Assembly (NCBI RefSeq): GCF_965243365.1
Contig: NZ_CBDEUW010000002.1
Span: forward strand, 3,087,057-3,151,056
Source of the DNA: Ruegeria sp.
GTDB lineage: Bacteria > Pseudomonadota > Alphaproteobacteria > Rhodobacterales > Rhodobacteraceae
Reading direction: 5' to 3'
Length of the DNA: 64,000 bases
The position numbers and the translations under genes were made by a program. This document shows positions 17,962 to 29,085 of this stretch, piece after piece (the first letter of the stretch is position 1; each line of letters opens with the position of its first letter). Under the pieces are notes generated by a model, which searched no databases, was not told where the DNA came from, and saw only the letters and a program-made list of their open reading frames with translations.

Positions 17962-18992
17962 TCCACGTAGCCCCGCGAATACCGTCTGCCCATCGAGGTC
18001 AGGATTTCATAGCCGATGGTCCCGGCTGCCTCGGCCAGATCATCCACGGTCTGGTGGCCATTGAGGATACGCAGGCGGTTGGGATCTTCCGGCAGGTCGG
18101 TGACATCGACGGTGATCAGGTCCATCGAAATACGCCCGACGACGGGGCAGGGCAGGTCACCGGCAAAGGCGTCGATCCCGCCACCGATGGCGCGGTGCAG
18201 ACCATCGGCATAGCCTGCGGCAACCGTCGCAATGCGGGACGGGCGGCGGGCGGTCCAGCTATTGCCGTATCCTACCGTTTCACCCACGGCAACCGGGCGC
18301 ACCTGAACAACCGGCAGGTCGACGGTGACAACGGGTTTGGCTTCGGTAAAGGGCATGCCGCCATAAAGGCCGATACCCGGGCGGCAGAAATCAAAATGGA
18401 ACTCGGGGCCCATCAGCGATCCGCCGGTCGCCGCCAGGGAACGCGGCACTGCGATGCCGTCGGTCATCTCACGGAACGTACGCAATTGCTGCCGATTCAT
18501 CGGGTGTTCCGGTTCATCGCCACAAGCCAGATGAGACATCAGTACGGCGGGGTTAAGTGCCAGGGCCGCGTCGCGCAGTTCTGCCCAGTCCGCAGGCTCA
18601 AGCCCCAGACGGTTCATGCCGCTGTCTAACTGGATGCCGAACGGGTGATCCGGCAGGGCGCCGCGATGGCGTTGAAACTGCTGAGGAGAGTTGATTAGGG
18701 GAATCAGGTTTTGGCCTGACAGCACCTCGGCATCGCCATCCATGTGCCCGGAAAAGACAAAGATGTCCGGTCCCGGACCGACGGCTTTGCGCACAGCCGC
18801 GCCCTCTTCGGCGACGGCGACAAAGAATTTGCGCACACCCTCATCGGCCAGCGTCCAAGATACCGGTTCGGCCCCCAGCCCATAGGCATCGGCCTTGACC
18901 ACGGCTCCGGTCTCGACATTGGTTTTGGCATCCAGTGCGCGCCAGTTGTGGGCAAGCGACTGAAGGTTGATCGTTAATCGTGCGGTACTCAT
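17958..18992 (-). CDS. alr: Alanine racemase
   Basis: PLP-lysine motif [10 protein letters not shown]. Start set at the ATG at 18992 ([10 protein letters not shown]). Confidence 0.9.
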   Translation of the reverse strand: MSTARLTINLQSLAHNWRALDAKTNVETGAVVKADAYGLGAEPVSWTLADEGVRKFFVAVAEEGAAVRKAVGPGPDIFVFSGHMDGDAEVLSGQNLIPLINSPQQFQRHRGALPDHPFGIQLDSGMNRLGLEPADWAELRDAALALNPAVLMSHLACGDEPEHPMNRQQLRTFREMTDGIAVPRSLAATGGSLMGPEFHFDFCRPGIGLYGGMPFTEAKPVVTVDLPVVQVRPVAVGETVGYGNSWTARRPSRIATVAAGYADGLHRAIGGGIDAFAGDLPCPVVGRISMDLITVDVTDLPEDPNRLRILNGHQTVDDLAEAAGTIGYEILTSMGRRYSRGYVE

Positions 18993-19388
18993 GTGACGTT
19001 CATGACATTGCATCGTGGCAGGTCAAGGGGGTATCGGGCATTTCCCAATGAGTTTTTCAATTGCATCGGCAGCATTCGGCTTAGCTGCTTTGGTTGGAGC
19101 GAGTTCAGATGCGCTAATTCGCTCAAATTCTAGGGATTAAATGGCGTATGAATTGTGTTAATCGCATCATCAAATCGCAAAGTTCGGCTTGATCGTTGCT
19201 GTAAGAAGCTCAGGTGGCTGTTCAGAGCACCTTGGTTCACAGCTGCGATAAACGTGAGCTTCAGGCAAATTAGCGAACCACAGGATCACGTTCTACAGAG
19301 GAAACTGCTGCGTTACCAAGGGGAACCCACACAACGGGCGGACACTTGGATTATCCAGATTTCGAGCGTGTCGTAGTCAGAGGTTGAT

Positions 19389-20879
19389 TCAATAACCCTC
19401 GATCTCGCCGCCCTGTTGCCAGGGTTTGACCAGATTGCCAAAGCGGGTGAACTGGGCCTCGAAGGACAGTTCGACCGTGCCGATGGGGCCGTGACGCTGC
19501 TTGCCGACGATGACCTCGGCCTTGCCGTGCAGGCGTTCCATGGCCTGCTTCCACTCTTCCATCTTTTCCAGTTCGTGATCGCCGGGCTTTTCGCGTTCCT
19601 TATAGTATTCTTCGCGGAACACGAACATGACGACGTCGGCATCCTGTTCGATCGAGCCCGATTCCCGCAGGTCGCTAAGTTGCGGGCGTTTATCGTCGCG
19701 GTTTTCGACCTGCCGTGAGAGCTGGGACAGGGCCACGACCGGTATGTTCAGCTCTTTTGCAATTGCCTTCATGCCCATCGAAATCTCGGCGATTTCGTTG
19801 ACGCGGTTGTCAGACATGCCACGGCAAAGCTGCAGATAGTCGATGACCAGCAGGTCCAAACCATGTGTTCTCTTCAATCGTCGCGCGCGGGCGGCAAGCT
19901 GAGAGATCGGCAGGGCAGGCGTGTCATCAATGAACAAGGGGCAGGCTTCCAACTCCTTGGCGGCGTCCACGAAACGGCGGAACTCGCCCTCGGTCATGTC
20001 GCCTTGGCGGATTTTGTGGCTGGAAATTTCCGAGGCTTCGGCCAGGACGCGGCCCGCCAGCTGCTCGGCGCTCATCTCAAGCGAGAAGAACCCAACCACG
20101 CCACCATCAATCGCACCTTCGCTGCCATCGGGTTTGGTGCCGCGCTTGTAGGCTTTGGCCACGTTGAAGGCGACGTTGGTCGCCAGTGAGGTTTTGCCCA
20201 TCGACGGACGACCCGCCAGAATGATCAGGTCGGATGGGTGCAGGCCCCCCAGTTGTTTGTCGAGATCGGCCAGACCGGTGGAAATCCCCGCCATGCCGCC
20301 ACCGCGCTGGTAGGCCTCGTTGGTGACGTTCACGGCTTCTGTGACCGCTTTGAGGAAGGATTGGAAACCCTGTTCGGTCTGGCCCTGCTCGGACAACTGG
20401 TAAAGCTGTTGCTCGGCCTCCACGATTTGTTCTTTCGGCTCGCTCGATACTTCGACCCGTGCAGCCTTGTCTGAAATGTCCCGGCCCAGTCGGATCAGCT
20501 CGCGCCGGATGGCAAGGTCATAGATCATCTGAGCGTAGTCATGCACCGCAAAGGCGCTGATCGATGCCCCGGCCAGCTTCACCAGATAGGCCGGGCCGCC
20601 CAGTTCCTTCAGACCCTCGTCTTCGGCCATGAAGGATTTCAGCGTAACAGGTGAGGCCAGCGCATTCTTGGCGATGCGTGTGGCTGCCACTTCATAGATA
20701 CGGGCGTGGACCGGATCATAGAAATGCTCGGCCCCGATGATCGAAGCCACCCGGTCATACAGGTCATTATTCGTCAGGATCGCGCCCAAAAGCTGCTGCT
20801 CGGCCTCGATAGAGTGCGGCATCGTCTCCGGGTTTTGAATCTGTGCCGCTGCCTGCTCGATACTGCTGATCTCGTTCAT
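19389..20879 (-). CDS. dnaB: Replicative DNA helicase DnaB (the alternative GTG start at 20906 would add 9 aa)
   Basis: PHSIEAEQQLLGAIL N-terminal motif, Walker A GRPSMGKTS and the RecA-like C-terminal motifs. Confidence 0.95.
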   Translation of the reverse strand: MNEISSIEQAAAQIQNPETMPHSIEAEQQLLGAILTNNDLYDRVASIIGAEHFYDPVHARIYEVAATRIAKNALASPVTLKSFMAEDEGLKELGGPAYLVKLAGASISAFAVHDYAQMIYDLAIRRELIRLGRDISDKAARVEVSSEPKEQIVEAEQQLYQLSEQGQTEQGFQSFLKAVTEAVNVTNEAYQRGGGMAGISTGLADLDKQLGGLHPSDLIILAGRPSMGKTSLATNVAFNVAKAYKRGTKPDGSEGAIDGGVVGFFSLEMSAEQLAGRVLAEASEISSHKIRQGDMTEGEFRRFVDAAKELEACPLFIDDTPALPISQLAARARRLKRTHGLDLLVIDYLQLCRGMSDNRVNEIAEISMGMKAIAKELNIPVVALSQLSRQVENRDDKRPQLSDLRESGSIEQDADVVMFVFREEYYKEREKPGDHELEKMEEWKQAMERLHGKAEVIVGKQRHGPIGTVELSFEAQFTRFGNLVKPWQQGGEIEGY

Positions 20880-21078
20880 TGCTGCTCTCACCGTCCCTTG
20901 GGGCACAGGTCATATCCGCCCCTCTGAGTCGGGGCAAATTGTATGTTTCTGGGGATAGATTGTGCATATCTCCCAACCCCATCATATTGAAGCATGATGG
21001 GGCGGGGCGTCAACATATTGTGCGATTTGTGCCTGCTGTGCAGTCACTGTTTCCGCTTCGAAAACAGTTGGCGCAACG

Positions 21079-21756
21079 TTAGCTTTTATGAGCTTCCTGC
21101 CAGCCGCGGGGGTCGTTCAGGAAGGCCTCAACACCACTAAGGGTTTCTTCGTCAAAGGCCTTTTGCGCCTTGGCCTCGGCCAGAACATCCCACCATGTGC
21201 ACAGCGAATGCAGCTTCACGCCGTGATCGCCCAGCGTCTTTTCGGTCTCGGGAAAAATTCCGTAGTAGAAAATTACCGCCGTATGACCGCAAGTCGCACC
21301 GGTTTCGCGGATCGCATCGACAAAGGACAGTTTCGAGCCGCCATCGGTGGTCAGGTCTTCGACCAGCAAAACGCGCTCACCCTCGCTCATTGCGCCTTCG
21401 ATGCGGGCGTTGCGGCCATAACCTTTGGGTTTCTTGCGCACATAGGTCATCGGCAGGGCCATGCGTTCAGCGACCATGGCGGCAAAGGGGATGCCAGCGG
21501 TTTCGCCACCGGCAATGTTGTCGAAGGCCTCGAACCCGGCATCCCGCATCACGGTGACAGTCAGGAAATCCATCAGGGTCGAGCGAATGCGCGGGTATGA
21601 GATCAGCTTGCGGCAGTCGATATAGGTTGGGCTGGGCAGGCCCGAGGCCAGGGTAAACGGCTCACGCGAATTGAAGTGAACTGCCTTGATTTCCAGCAGC
21701 ATCCGTGCGGTCAGACGGGCGATTTCGGTGCTGTCGGGGAAGGAACTGGGGATCAT
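21079..21756 (-). CDS. pyrE: Orotate phosphoribosyltransferase
   Basis: PRPP-binding motif [13 protein letters not shown] and a PyrE-like N-terminus ([14 protein letters not shown]). Confidence 0.9.
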   Translation of the reverse strand: MIPSSFPDSTEIARLTARMLLEIKAVHFNSREPFTLASGLPSPTYIDCRKLISYPRIRSTLMDFLTVTVMRDAGFEAFDNIAGGETAGIPFAAMVAERMALPMTYVRKKPKGYGRNARIEGAMSEGERVLLVEDLTTDGGSKLSFVDAIRETGATCGHTAVIFYYGIFPETEKTLGDHGVKLHSLCTWWDVLAEAKAQKAFDEETLSGVEAFLNDPRGWQEAHKS

Positions 21757-21835
21757 GGCGCAAACCTCTGGGCTGAAAGGGTGTTGCAGGCTGATAGCCC
21801 GTCATTCAGGTCAGAGTCGAGAGGGAGCCAAAAAG

Positions 21836-21865
21836 AAAAGCGGACCTCCCAAGGGGTCCGCTTTT
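21836..21865 (-). terminator. Rho-independent terminator downstream of amt
   Basis: GCGGACC-8 nt-GGTCCGC stem-loop flanked by A and T runs. On the minus strand it is followed by TTTTCTTTTT. Confidence 0.8.
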
Positions 21866-21895
21866 CGCCCTCACGGGCAGAGCGCCAAGGTGGGC

Positions 21896-23077
21896 TTAGC
21901 TGCTCATGTCGTAGGCGCGTTCCCCATGCACCGAGAGGTCGAGCCCGTTTGTTTCGGTCTCGGCGTCTACGCGAAGCGGTGTGATCAGCGCAACCATCTT
22001 GACCAGAACAATCGTGACAATTGCCGTAAAGACACCCACGATCACCAGCCCGCCCAACTGTGCGGTCCAGGTGCCCAGGCCGAACAACGCGATCATCAGC
22101 GTACCGAAGATGCCACCGACACCGTGGACGGCAAAAACGTCCAGTGTGTCGTCGATGTTCAGCTTGTTGCGGATGACGAACACGGCCTCTTGGCACAGGA
22201 TACCTGCAACGCCACCGATGATCAGCGCCTGAACCGGACCCACAAAGCCCGAGGCCGGGGTGATCGAGGCCAGACCCGCGATGGTGCCAGTGACCAGACC
22301 AACCATCGAAGCTTTGCCAAAGCGGATGCGTTCCCAAAGTGCCCATGTTAGCGACGCGGTGGCGGCAGACAGATGCGTGACGGTCATGGCCATTGCGGCG
22401 CCTCCGTCAGCGGCCAGTTGCGAGCCGCCGTTGAAGCCGAACCAACCGACCCACAACATCGCGGCACCGACCATCACATAGCCGGGGTTGTGCGGGGGCG
22501 TTGTGCGATTGCGGCGCGGGCCGAGGATAACGGCGATAACCAATGCGGCCAGACCGGCGGTTTCGTGGACGACAATGCCACCGGCAAAGTCACGCACGCC
22601 GATCTCACCCAGAATGCCTCCGTCCGACAGCATTCCACCGCCCCAGATCCAGTGAACTACGGGCGCATAGCACAGCAGCATCCACAGGGCCGAGAAGGTT
22701 AGGACAAAGCCAAAGCCCACCCGCTCGACATAGGCGCCTACGATCAGGGCAGGGGTGATGATCGCGAATGTCATCTGGAAGGCAAAGAACAGGACCTCGG
22801 GCAGGGTGCCTGCAAGGCTGTCCACATCGACACCATTCAGGAACGCTTTGCCCAGACCGCCCCAAAGGCCGCTCTCACCGGGGCCGAAGGCGATTGAATA
22901 GCCTGCGACCAGCCACAAAATGCTCATCAAACAGGCAATCGAAAAGCAGTGCATGAAGACACTGAGGACATTTCGGGCACGGACAAGGCCGCCATAGAAC
23001 AGGGCAAGCCCCGGTAATGTCATGAACAGGACCAGTGCAGTTGCGACAATGATCCAGGCTGTATCGGCTCCGTTCAT
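21896..23077 (-). CDS. amtB: Ammonium transporter (Amt family)
   Basis: Eleven TM segments and Amt signatures (DFAGGIVVHETAG, VHGVGGIFGTL). AGGAGAG RBS present. Confidence 0.95.
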   Translation of the reverse strand: MNGADTAWIIVATALVLFMTLPGLALFYGGLVRARNVLSVFMHCFSIACLMSILWLVAGYSIAFGPGESGLWGGLGKAFLNGVDVDSLAGTLPEVLFFAFQMTFAIITPALIVGAYVERVGFGFVLTFSALWMLLCYAPVVHWIWGGGMLSDGGILGEIGVRDFAGGIVVHETAGLAALVIAVILGPRRNRTTPPHNPGYVMVGAAMLWVGWFGFNGGSQLAADGGAAMAMTVTHLSAATASLTWALWERIRFGKASMVGLVTGTIAGLASITPASGFVGPVQALIIGGVAGILCQEAVFVIRNKLNIDDTLDVFAVHGVGGIFGTLMIALFGLGTWTAQLGGLVIVGVFTAIVTIVLVKMVALITPLRVDAETETNGLDLSVHGERAYDMSS

Positions 23078-23201
23078 GGGCCGCTCTCCTCTTTCTTACA
23101 GGGGCGCTGTTCTGTGCTTGCTCGTCACGGTCCGGCGCTGCTTGAGTGGTGTGCCGTGGGTTCAAGCGAAGAGAGGGCGAGGAAAAAAGAGGCAGCACGT
23201 C

Positions 23202-23231
23202 AAAAGGCCGCCTATTTTGGTGGCCTTTTTT
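23202..23231 (-). terminator. Stem-loop terminator between cinA and amt (bidirectional shape)
   Basis: AAAAGGCCGCC-TATTTT-GGTGGCCTTTTTT, with one G-T pair. Confidence 0.6.
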
Positions 23232-23277
23232 CAACTGGCGACTATTTTTGCGCCTTTAGGGAGGGTCTGCCGTAAAT

Positions 23278-23754
23278 TTAGGCGATGCGTGAAAGGCCGT
23301 CAGACAGCAGGTCAAGTGCGTGATCCCGGGCGGCGCGGCGAACGGCATCCCGCCCCGGCGCGCCGAATTCAACGGTTTCTGTGCGCGTTTCGTGACCCTT
23401 GGCGGCGAGGCCAAAGCAGACGCGGCCCTCGGGCTTGAATTCCGATCCGCCGGGGCCTGCGATGCCAGTGATCGAGACCGCCAGCTGCGCCTGCGAATGC
23501 GCCAATGCTCCTTCGGCCATCTCGCGGGCAACTTGTTCCGAGACTGCGCCATGGGCCGCCAGAGTGTCGGCCTGAACGCCCAGCATCTGCTGTTTGGCGG
23601 CGTTGGTATAGGTAACGAACCCTCGGTCAACCACGGCGGAGCTGCCGGGAATATCCGTCAGCGCGGCTGCGACCATGCCGCCCGTGCAGCTTTCGGCGGT
23701 GGCGATCATCACGTTTTGCGCTTTGGCGCGGTCCAGAAGGGTTGAAACGTTCAT
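23278..23754 (-). CDS. CinA-family protein (nicotinamide-nucleotide amidohydrolase PncC-like domain)
   Basis: Conserved CinA C-terminal-domain motif IATAESCTGGMVAAALTDIPGSS. Confidence 0.85.
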   Translation of the reverse strand: MNVSTLLDRAKAQNVMIATAESCTGGMVAAALTDIPGSSAVVDRGFVTYTNAAKQQMLGVQADTLAAHGAVSEQVAREMAEGALAHSQAQLAVSITGIAGPGGSEFKPEGRVCFGLAAKGHETRTETVEFGAPGRDAVRRAARDHALDLLSDGLSRIA

Positions 23755-24248
23755 AGCCCCAGCACTCCGTGTGCAATCCCGGCAAGGATGAGGACACCAA
23801 TTGCGGCCAATGCCCCCGCGATCACATCGTCCAGCATGACGCCCATCGCATCATTGCGCCGATCAGCCCAGCCAACGGGGCCGGGTTTGGTGATGTCGAA
23901 AAGGCGGAACAGGATGAACCCGGCAACCCAGCCCGGCCAGAGTGCGGTGATTTCGATCCCATGCACCCACGCCGGATAAGAGATTGCCCAAAGGGCTATG
24001 AACTGGCCTGCGACCTCGTCGATCACAATCTCGGACGGATCGTGATCCTCTTGTCCGGCTGTCATTACCCCGGTTGCCCATAGGCCGCCGAAAAAGGCCG
24101 CTAACGTGGCCAACGCAAGTAAAGGGAAGCCACCCAAACTATGCAGCACCCAGGCCAGAGGCAGCGCGGCCAGCGATCCCCATGTACCCGGGGCAGGGCG
24201 CAGATAGCCCACGCCGCAAACGGTTCCGATCAGACGCGCGGCGGTCAT
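23751..24248 (-). CDS. pgpA: Phosphatidylglycerophosphatase A
   Basis: [11 protein letters not shown] and [13 protein letters not shown] motifs. 4-nt overlaps join it to both neighbours. Confidence 0.85.
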   Translation of the reverse strand: MTAARLIGTVCGVGYLRPAPGTWGSLAALPLAWVLHSLGGFPLLALATLAAFFGGLWATGVMTAGQEDHDPSEIVIDEVAGQFIALWAISYPAWVHGIEITALWPGWVAGFILFRLFDITKPGPVGWADRRNDAMGVMLDDVIAGALAAIGVLILAGIAHGVLGL

Positions 24249-25375
24249 GCCTTCACCAGGCAGGCTGTGGCAAGGGATGCTATGCCTTCGCTTCGACCGG
24301 TAAAGCCCAACCGTTCAGAGGTGGTTGCCTTTACCGAGACCTGATCCGGTTTCAGCTTTAGAATGCGTGCCATTTCCTCGCGCATGGCCTCTGCGTGCGG
24401 GCCGATTTTTGGATACTCGCAGACCAGCGTGCAGTCGACGTTGGAAATTCGGTATCCCATCTGCCTGGACAGTTCGACCGCGTGACGCAAAAAGATCTCA
24501 CTCGCGGCACCCTTCCATTGAGGGTCCGAAGGCGGAAAATGCTGTCCGATATCGCCCTGCGCCAAGGCACCGTAGATCGCATCCGTGACGGCATGCATTC
24601 CTACATCGGCGTCGGAATGCCCCTGCAATCCACGGTCATGCGGTATTTTCACCCCGCATAGGATCACATGGTCCCCGTCGCCAAAGCGGTGCACATCATA
24701 GCCATTGCCCAGCCTTACATCCATGTCTATTCCCATTATACGCTCCGCCCGGGCAAAATCCTCGGGTCGGGTGATTTTGATATTATCGGCATCTCCCGGC
24801 ACGATCACCACGTTCACACCTGCCGCGCGCGCGACCTCGACATCGTCGGCGGCATTCCCGGGGTGTGCAGCGTGGGCGGCCACAATAGCTTCATAGTGGA
24901 ACCCTTGCGGTGTCTGCGCGGCAAACAGTTGGCTGCGGTCTTGGGTGCCTGTCACAACGGCGTCTTCTCCGACCCACAACGCGTCGGTCACCGGCAGGCC
25001 GGGGGCGGTGGCCGAATGGACGTCCAAAGCCGACAAAACGTCCTGAATGATGCGGGGGGTGACGCAGGGGCGGGCGACATCGTGGATCAGGACACGCGTC
25101 ACGCCAAACCCGGACAAGGCCGCCAGCCCATTTCGGACTGAACCCGCCCGGTCGTTGCCGCCGGAGGCCAATATCAGATCGGTCTGACTGAATTCGTCCC
25201 AGGCCTGGGTGTCTTCTTCCGATAACACCAAGACGATATGTTCGACCTGATTGCGAAACGCGTCGAGTGTCCAGTCTGCCACTCGTCGACCGGCCAATGG
25301 ACGCCATTGCTTTGGCACATCCCCGCCTGCGCGCGTTCCGCGTCCTGCGGCGACAATGATGGCGGCGGTGGTCAT
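24245..25375 (-). CDS. ispDF: Bifunctional 2-C-methyl-D-erythritol 4-phosphate cytidylyltransferase / MEcPP synthase (IspDF)
   Basis: IspD N-terminus [14 protein letters not shown] and IspF C-terminus ([14 protein letters not shown]). This fusion is typical of alphaproteobacteria. Confidence 0.95.
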   Translation of the reverse strand: MTTAAIIVAAGRGTRAGGDVPKQWRPLAGRRVADWTLDAFRNQVEHIVLVLSEEDTQAWDEFSQTDLILASGGNDRAGSVRNGLAALSGFGVTRVLIHDVARPCVTPRIIQDVLSALDVHSATAPGLPVTDALWVGEDAVVTGTQDRSQLFAAQTPQGFHYEAIVAAHAAHPGNAADDVEVARAAGVNVVIVPGDADNIKITRPEDFARAERIMGIDMDVRLGNGYDVHRFGDGDHVILCGVKIPHDRGLQGHSDADVGMHAVTDAIYGALAQGDIGQHFPPSDPQWKGAASEIFLRHAVELSRQMGYRISNVDCTLVCEYPKIGPHAEAMREEMARILKLKPDQVSVKATTSERLGFTGRSEGIASLATACLVKA

Positions 25376-25556
25376 GGGCGCGAACTCTCCTAACTTGGGC
25401 ATTGTTTAGGGGGCGATGAATGAAGAGGCAATCACCCGCGTCAATCTGCCTAAAAAATAGGCAAGTGATGGTTTTGCAGGCTTGTCGGATGCCGTTTTCT
25501 TGTTCATATGCTGCGATTTCGATATCTAAATCGCAATTGCTCAAGGATTAGGCACA

Positions 25557-26540
25557 TTGACCCTGCGTCTTGCTGAAAAGGAAGTGACCTCTCCGGTATT
25601 ACTGGCCCCGATGGCCGGAATCACGGATCGCCCGTTCCGCGATCTGGTGATGAGGTTCGGTGCGGGTCTTGTGGTCAGCGAAATGGTGGCCAGCCAGGAA
25701 ATGGTACAGGCGAAACCAGGTGTGCGCGAAAGGGCTGAACTGTCGGCTGATGTGGAAAACACCGCCGTTCAACTGGCCGGGCGCGAGGCGCACTGGATGG
25801 CCGAGGCCGCTCGGCAGGTCGCGGATCGCGGCGCGCGGGTGATCGATATCAACATGGGCTGCCCCGCCAAAAAGGTGACCAATGGCTACTCAGGCTCGGC
25901 GTTGCTGAAAACCCCGGATCACGCGCTGACCTTGATCGAGGCCGTGGTCGAGGCGGTGGACGTGCCCGTGACATTGAAGACAAGGCTGGGCTGGGATGAC
26001 TCGCTGCTGAACGCGCCGGACGTGGCGCGGCGGGCTCAGGACGCTGGCATTCAGATGGTCACAATCCACGGACGCACGCGGTGTCAGTTTTACAAAGGGC
26101 GCGCCGATTGGCAGGCGATTCGGGCGGTCAGCGAAGCGGTGTCGATCCCCGTCATCGCGAACGGAGATATTGTGGACACTTGCGCCGCGCGGCAGGCGCT
26201 GGAGCGATCAGGCGCGAATGGCGTCATGGTCGGCCGTGGCGCACAGGGTAAGCCATGGCTGTTGGCACAGATATGTCACGACCTTTACGGCGCAGAGGCA
26301 CCCAAGATACCTGAGGGCAAAGATTTGGTTGATATGGTCCGCTCGCACTATCAGGCGATGCTGGAGTTCTATGGGCAGGACCTTGGCCTGCGCGTCGCGC
26401 GCAAACATCTTGGCTGGTACATGGATGAGGCCGGTACAACTTCGCCCTTACGCCGGGCAGTTCTGACATCGCGTGATCCTGCCGAAGTGCTTCTCCTGCT
26501 GAAGGACGCATTGAGCACCAGTGTCGGGGTGGCCGCATGA
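25557..26540 (+). CDS. dusB: tRNA-dihydrouridine synthase B (NifR3 family), TTG start
   Basis: LAPMAGITDRPFR and DINMGCPAKKV motifs. Sits immediately upstream of ntrBC, as in other alphaproteobacteria. Confidence 0.9.
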   Translation: MTLRLAEKEVTSPVLLAPMAGITDRPFRDLVMRFGAGLVVSEMVASQEMVQAKPGVRERAELSADVENTAVQLAGREAHWMAEAARQVADRGARVIDINMGCPAKKVTNGYSGSALLKTPDHALTLIEAVVEAVDVPVTLKTRLGWDDSLLNAPDVARRAQDAGIQMVTIHGRTRCQFYKGRADWQAIRAVSEAVSIPVIANGDIVDTCAARQALERSGANGVMVGRGAQGKPWLLAQICHDLYGAEAPKIPEGKDLVDMVRSHYQAMLEFYGQDLGLRVARKHLGWYMDEAGTTSPLRRAVLTSRDPAEVLLLLKDALSTSVGVAA

Positions 26541-27619
26541 CCTCGGACCATAGCATCTGGGCGTCCTTGCCGGTTCCGACCTTCATCATAGACCCCGAGG
26601 ACCGGATTTCCGACGTCAATTCGGCGGGTGAGGGGTTTCTGAATGCCTCACGCAAATCGGTGGTTGGGAATCCGGTATGGGATCTGCTGGCCGTGGATGC
26701 GCCGCTGGAGGAGGCGTTCTTGCGCGCGCGGCGCCAAAGTACGCCTTTGTTTGTCAATGACGTCGACGTAGGGTCGGGCAATCGGCCGCCGCTGCAGTGC
26801 GCGATGCAGATTGCGCCGCTGATGGGGTATCCGGGATCGATGATCATGACTATCTCGCCGCGCGAACTGGCGGGCCGGATGACGCTAGGAAATTCGGTGA
26901 AATCAGCAGCGCAATCCGCCATCGGGATGGCCGAAATGCTGGCGCATGAAATCAAGAACCCGTTAGCAGGGATTACTGGTGCGGCGCAGTTGCTGAGCAT
27001 GAATATCTCGCAGCAAGACCTTGAACTAACAGATCTTATTGTGGCCGAGACACGTCGCATCGTAAAGCTGTTGGAACAGGTCGAGCAGTTTGGCAACCTG
27101 TCTGTGCCCGATTTCAAGCCTTTCAATATCCACGATGTTCTGGACCGCGCACGCCGGTCTGCGCTGCTGGGCTTCGGGGCGCATATGAAGATTATTGAGG
27201 ACTACGATCCCTCTCTGCCATTGGCTTATGGTGATCCCGATCAGTTTTTGCAGGTGATATTGAACCTGCTCAAAAATGCGTCCGAAGCCGCTGATCCAAA
27301 AGGCGGAATCATTCGCCTCAGAACCTATTTTGAGCATTCCTTCCGCCTGCGCCGCAGTGACGGCTCGGGCCATTCGCTGCCGTTGCAGGTCGAAATCATC
27401 GATGATGGCCCGGGCCTGCCGGACAAGATCCGCAGCGATATTTTCGACCCGTTTGTTTCCGGCCGAGAGAACGGCACCGGGCTGGGGCTGGCGCTGGTCA
27501 GCAAGATTATCTCGGACCATGACGGTTGGGTGTCCGCTGAATCGGTGCCCGGACGAACCGTATTTTGCCTGTCTCTGCGGCGGGCACCCAAAGAGGAACA
27601 TAGCAAGGAGAACACCTGA
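26537..27619 (+). CDS. ntrB: Nitrogen regulation sensor histidine kinase NtrB
   Basis: PAS-like N-terminus, H-box [12 protein letters not shown] and the N, G1 and G2 boxes ([16 protein letters not shown]). Confidence 0.9.
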   Translation: MTSDHSIWASLPVPTFIIDPEDRISDVNSAGEGFLNASRKSVVGNPVWDLLAVDAPLEEAFLRARRQSTPLFVNDVDVGSGNRPPLQCAMQIAPLMGYPGSMIMTISPRELAGRMTLGNSVKSAAQSAIGMAEMLAHEIKNPLAGITGAAQLLSMNISQQDLELTDLIVAETRRIVKLLEQVEQFGNLSVPDFKPFNIHDVLDRARRSALLGFGAHMKIIEDYDPSLPLAYGDPDQFLQVILNLLKNASEAADPKGGIIRLRTYFEHSFRLRRSDGSGHSLPLQVEIIDDGPGLPDKIRSDIFDPFVSGRENGTGLGLALVSKIISDHDGWVSAESVPGRTVFCLSLRRAPKEEHSKENT

Positions 27620-28986
27620 TGGATGGCACAGTTCTGGTCGCTGATGACGACCGCACAATCCGGACCGTTCTGACTCAGGCCCTGACACGGGCCGGGTGCA
27701 AGGTGCATGCGACGTCGTCCTTAACCACGCTGATGCGCTGGGTGAGTGAAGGCAAGGGCGATGTCGTGATCTCGGATGTTGTCATGCCGGATGGCAACGG
27801 GCTTGAGATGTTGCCCAAGATCGCACAGGACCGGCCGGGCCTGCCTGTGATTGTGATTTCCGCGCAGAACACCATCATGACGGCTATTCAGGCGGCTGAG
27901 GCTGATGCTTATGATTATTTGCCCAAACCGTTTGATCTGCCGGATCTTATGAAACGCACAGCTCGTGCGTTGGACCAGAAACAACGCGCCCAGCCCGAAC
28001 CGTCGGATGAGCCCGAGGGTCGCCCGGACGAACTGCCTTTGGTCGGGCGCACCCCGGCGATGCAGGCGCTGTACCGTCTGGTGGCCCGTGTGATGAATAC
28101 GGATCTGTCGGTGATGATCTCGGGGGAAAGTGGCACCGGGAAATCCCTGATTGCGCGGGCCATACACGACTTCTCGGATCGGCGAACCTTGCCGTTTGTT
28201 ACGGCGACAGTGGCGGACCTGCGCGATCTGGAGGGGCCGGCCCGTATTATGGCGCGCGTGCGGGGCGGTACCCTGCTGATCGATGAGATCGCCGATATCG
28301 ACGACGAAGTTCAGGCACGGGTGGTCCGCATGATGGACGCGCCGGGTGACCACGTGCCGCGCTTCATGGCCACCAGCCAGACCGATCTGACCGAAGCGAT
28401 GGAGACAGGGCGCGTGCGGCAGGATCTGTATTACCGCCTGTGTGGCGCAACGATCCATGTGCCGTCCCTGCGCGAGCGGGTGGACGACATCGTGCTTCTC
28501 GCCGATCACTTCCTGACCCGTGAGGAGCTGGAAACCGGCGCAAAACGATGGCTCAGCCCCGAAGCGATTGAGCTGATCCGCCGCTATTCCTGGCCGGGCA
28601 ATGTGCGGCAGTTGGAAAACGCCATTCGCAGGCTTAGCCTGACCAGCCGATCCGACGAAATCTCACGCCTTGAGGTGGAGATGGTTCTTGGCAGCCAGCC
28701 CGAAGCCGAACCGGTGCTGGGGGGTGGTGAGCGCGAAAAGCTGTCAGCCTCGGTTGGCCGTCACCTGAGGCGGTATTTTGACCTGCATGGCAACATGCTG
28801 CCGCCTCCCGGCCTATATCAGCGTATATTGCGCGAGGTCGAAGCGCCGCTGATCGAAATCGCACTGGAAGCGACCGGCGGAAATCAGGCAAAATGTGCTG
28901 ATCTTCTGGGGATTAACCGGAATACGCTGCGGAAAAAGATCACCGACCTAGATATTCAGGTGACACGCCGACGCAAACTGATGTAA
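27619..28986 (+). CDS. ntrC: Nitrogen regulation response regulator NtrC (receiver, AAA+ and Fis-type HTH domains)
   Basis: Receiver domain with an SDVVMPDG site, Walker A GESGTGKS and a C-terminal HTH ([15 protein letters not shown]). A TGATG overlap joins it to ntrB. Confidence 0.95.
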   Translation: MDGTVLVADDDRTIRTVLTQALTRAGCKVHATSSLTTLMRWVSEGKGDVVISDVVMPDGNGLEMLPKIAQDRPGLPVIVISAQNTIMTAIQAAEADAYDYLPKPFDLPDLMKRTARALDQKQRAQPEPSDEPEGRPDELPLVGRTPAMQALYRLVARVMNTDLSVMISGESGTGKSLIARAIHDFSDRRTLPFVTATVADLRDLEGPARIMARVRGGTLLIDEIADIDDEVQARVVRMMDAPGDHVPRFMATSQTDLTEAMETGRVRQDLYYRLCGATIHVPSLRERVDDIVLLADHFLTREELETGAKRWLSPEAIELIRRYSWPGNVRQLENAIRRLSLTSRSDEISRLEVEMVLGSQPEAEPVLGGGEREKLSASVGRHLRRYFDLHGNMLPPPGLYQRILREVEAPLIEIALEATGGNQAKCADLLGINRNTLRKKITDLDIQVTRRRKLM

Positions 28987-29085
28987 TATCGCCACACAAA
29001 ACGTGGCATTCGGGTTCTCACCCGACAAGGACCACGACATATGGCGGTTCGTCGCGCAAGCGACACATCAGAATGAGGGCAGACG

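Noticed and set aside
19351-19359. DnaA-box-like TTATCCAGA next to dnaB.
   Set aside because: A single one-mismatch box with no cluster and no adjacent AT-rich unwinding repeats is not evidence for an origin.
19155-19376. 73-aa plus-strand ORF in the dnaB-alr spacer.
   Set aside because: No RBS, atypical composition and no motif. It runs antisense to the flow of the surrounding operon.
20977-21002. Hairpin CCCCATCAT-8 nt-ATGATGGGG between pyrE and dnaB as a terminator.
   Set aside because: The stem is real, but it is not followed by a T-run on the strand of either flanking gene. Its function is unclear, so it was not annotated.
23136-23158. Possible sigma-54 (GG-N10-GC) promoter upstream of amt, read on the minus strand as CGGCACACCACTCAAGCA.
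   Set aside because: The GG-to-GC spacing is two nt too long, and the TGGCAC/TTGCA consensus is poorly matched.
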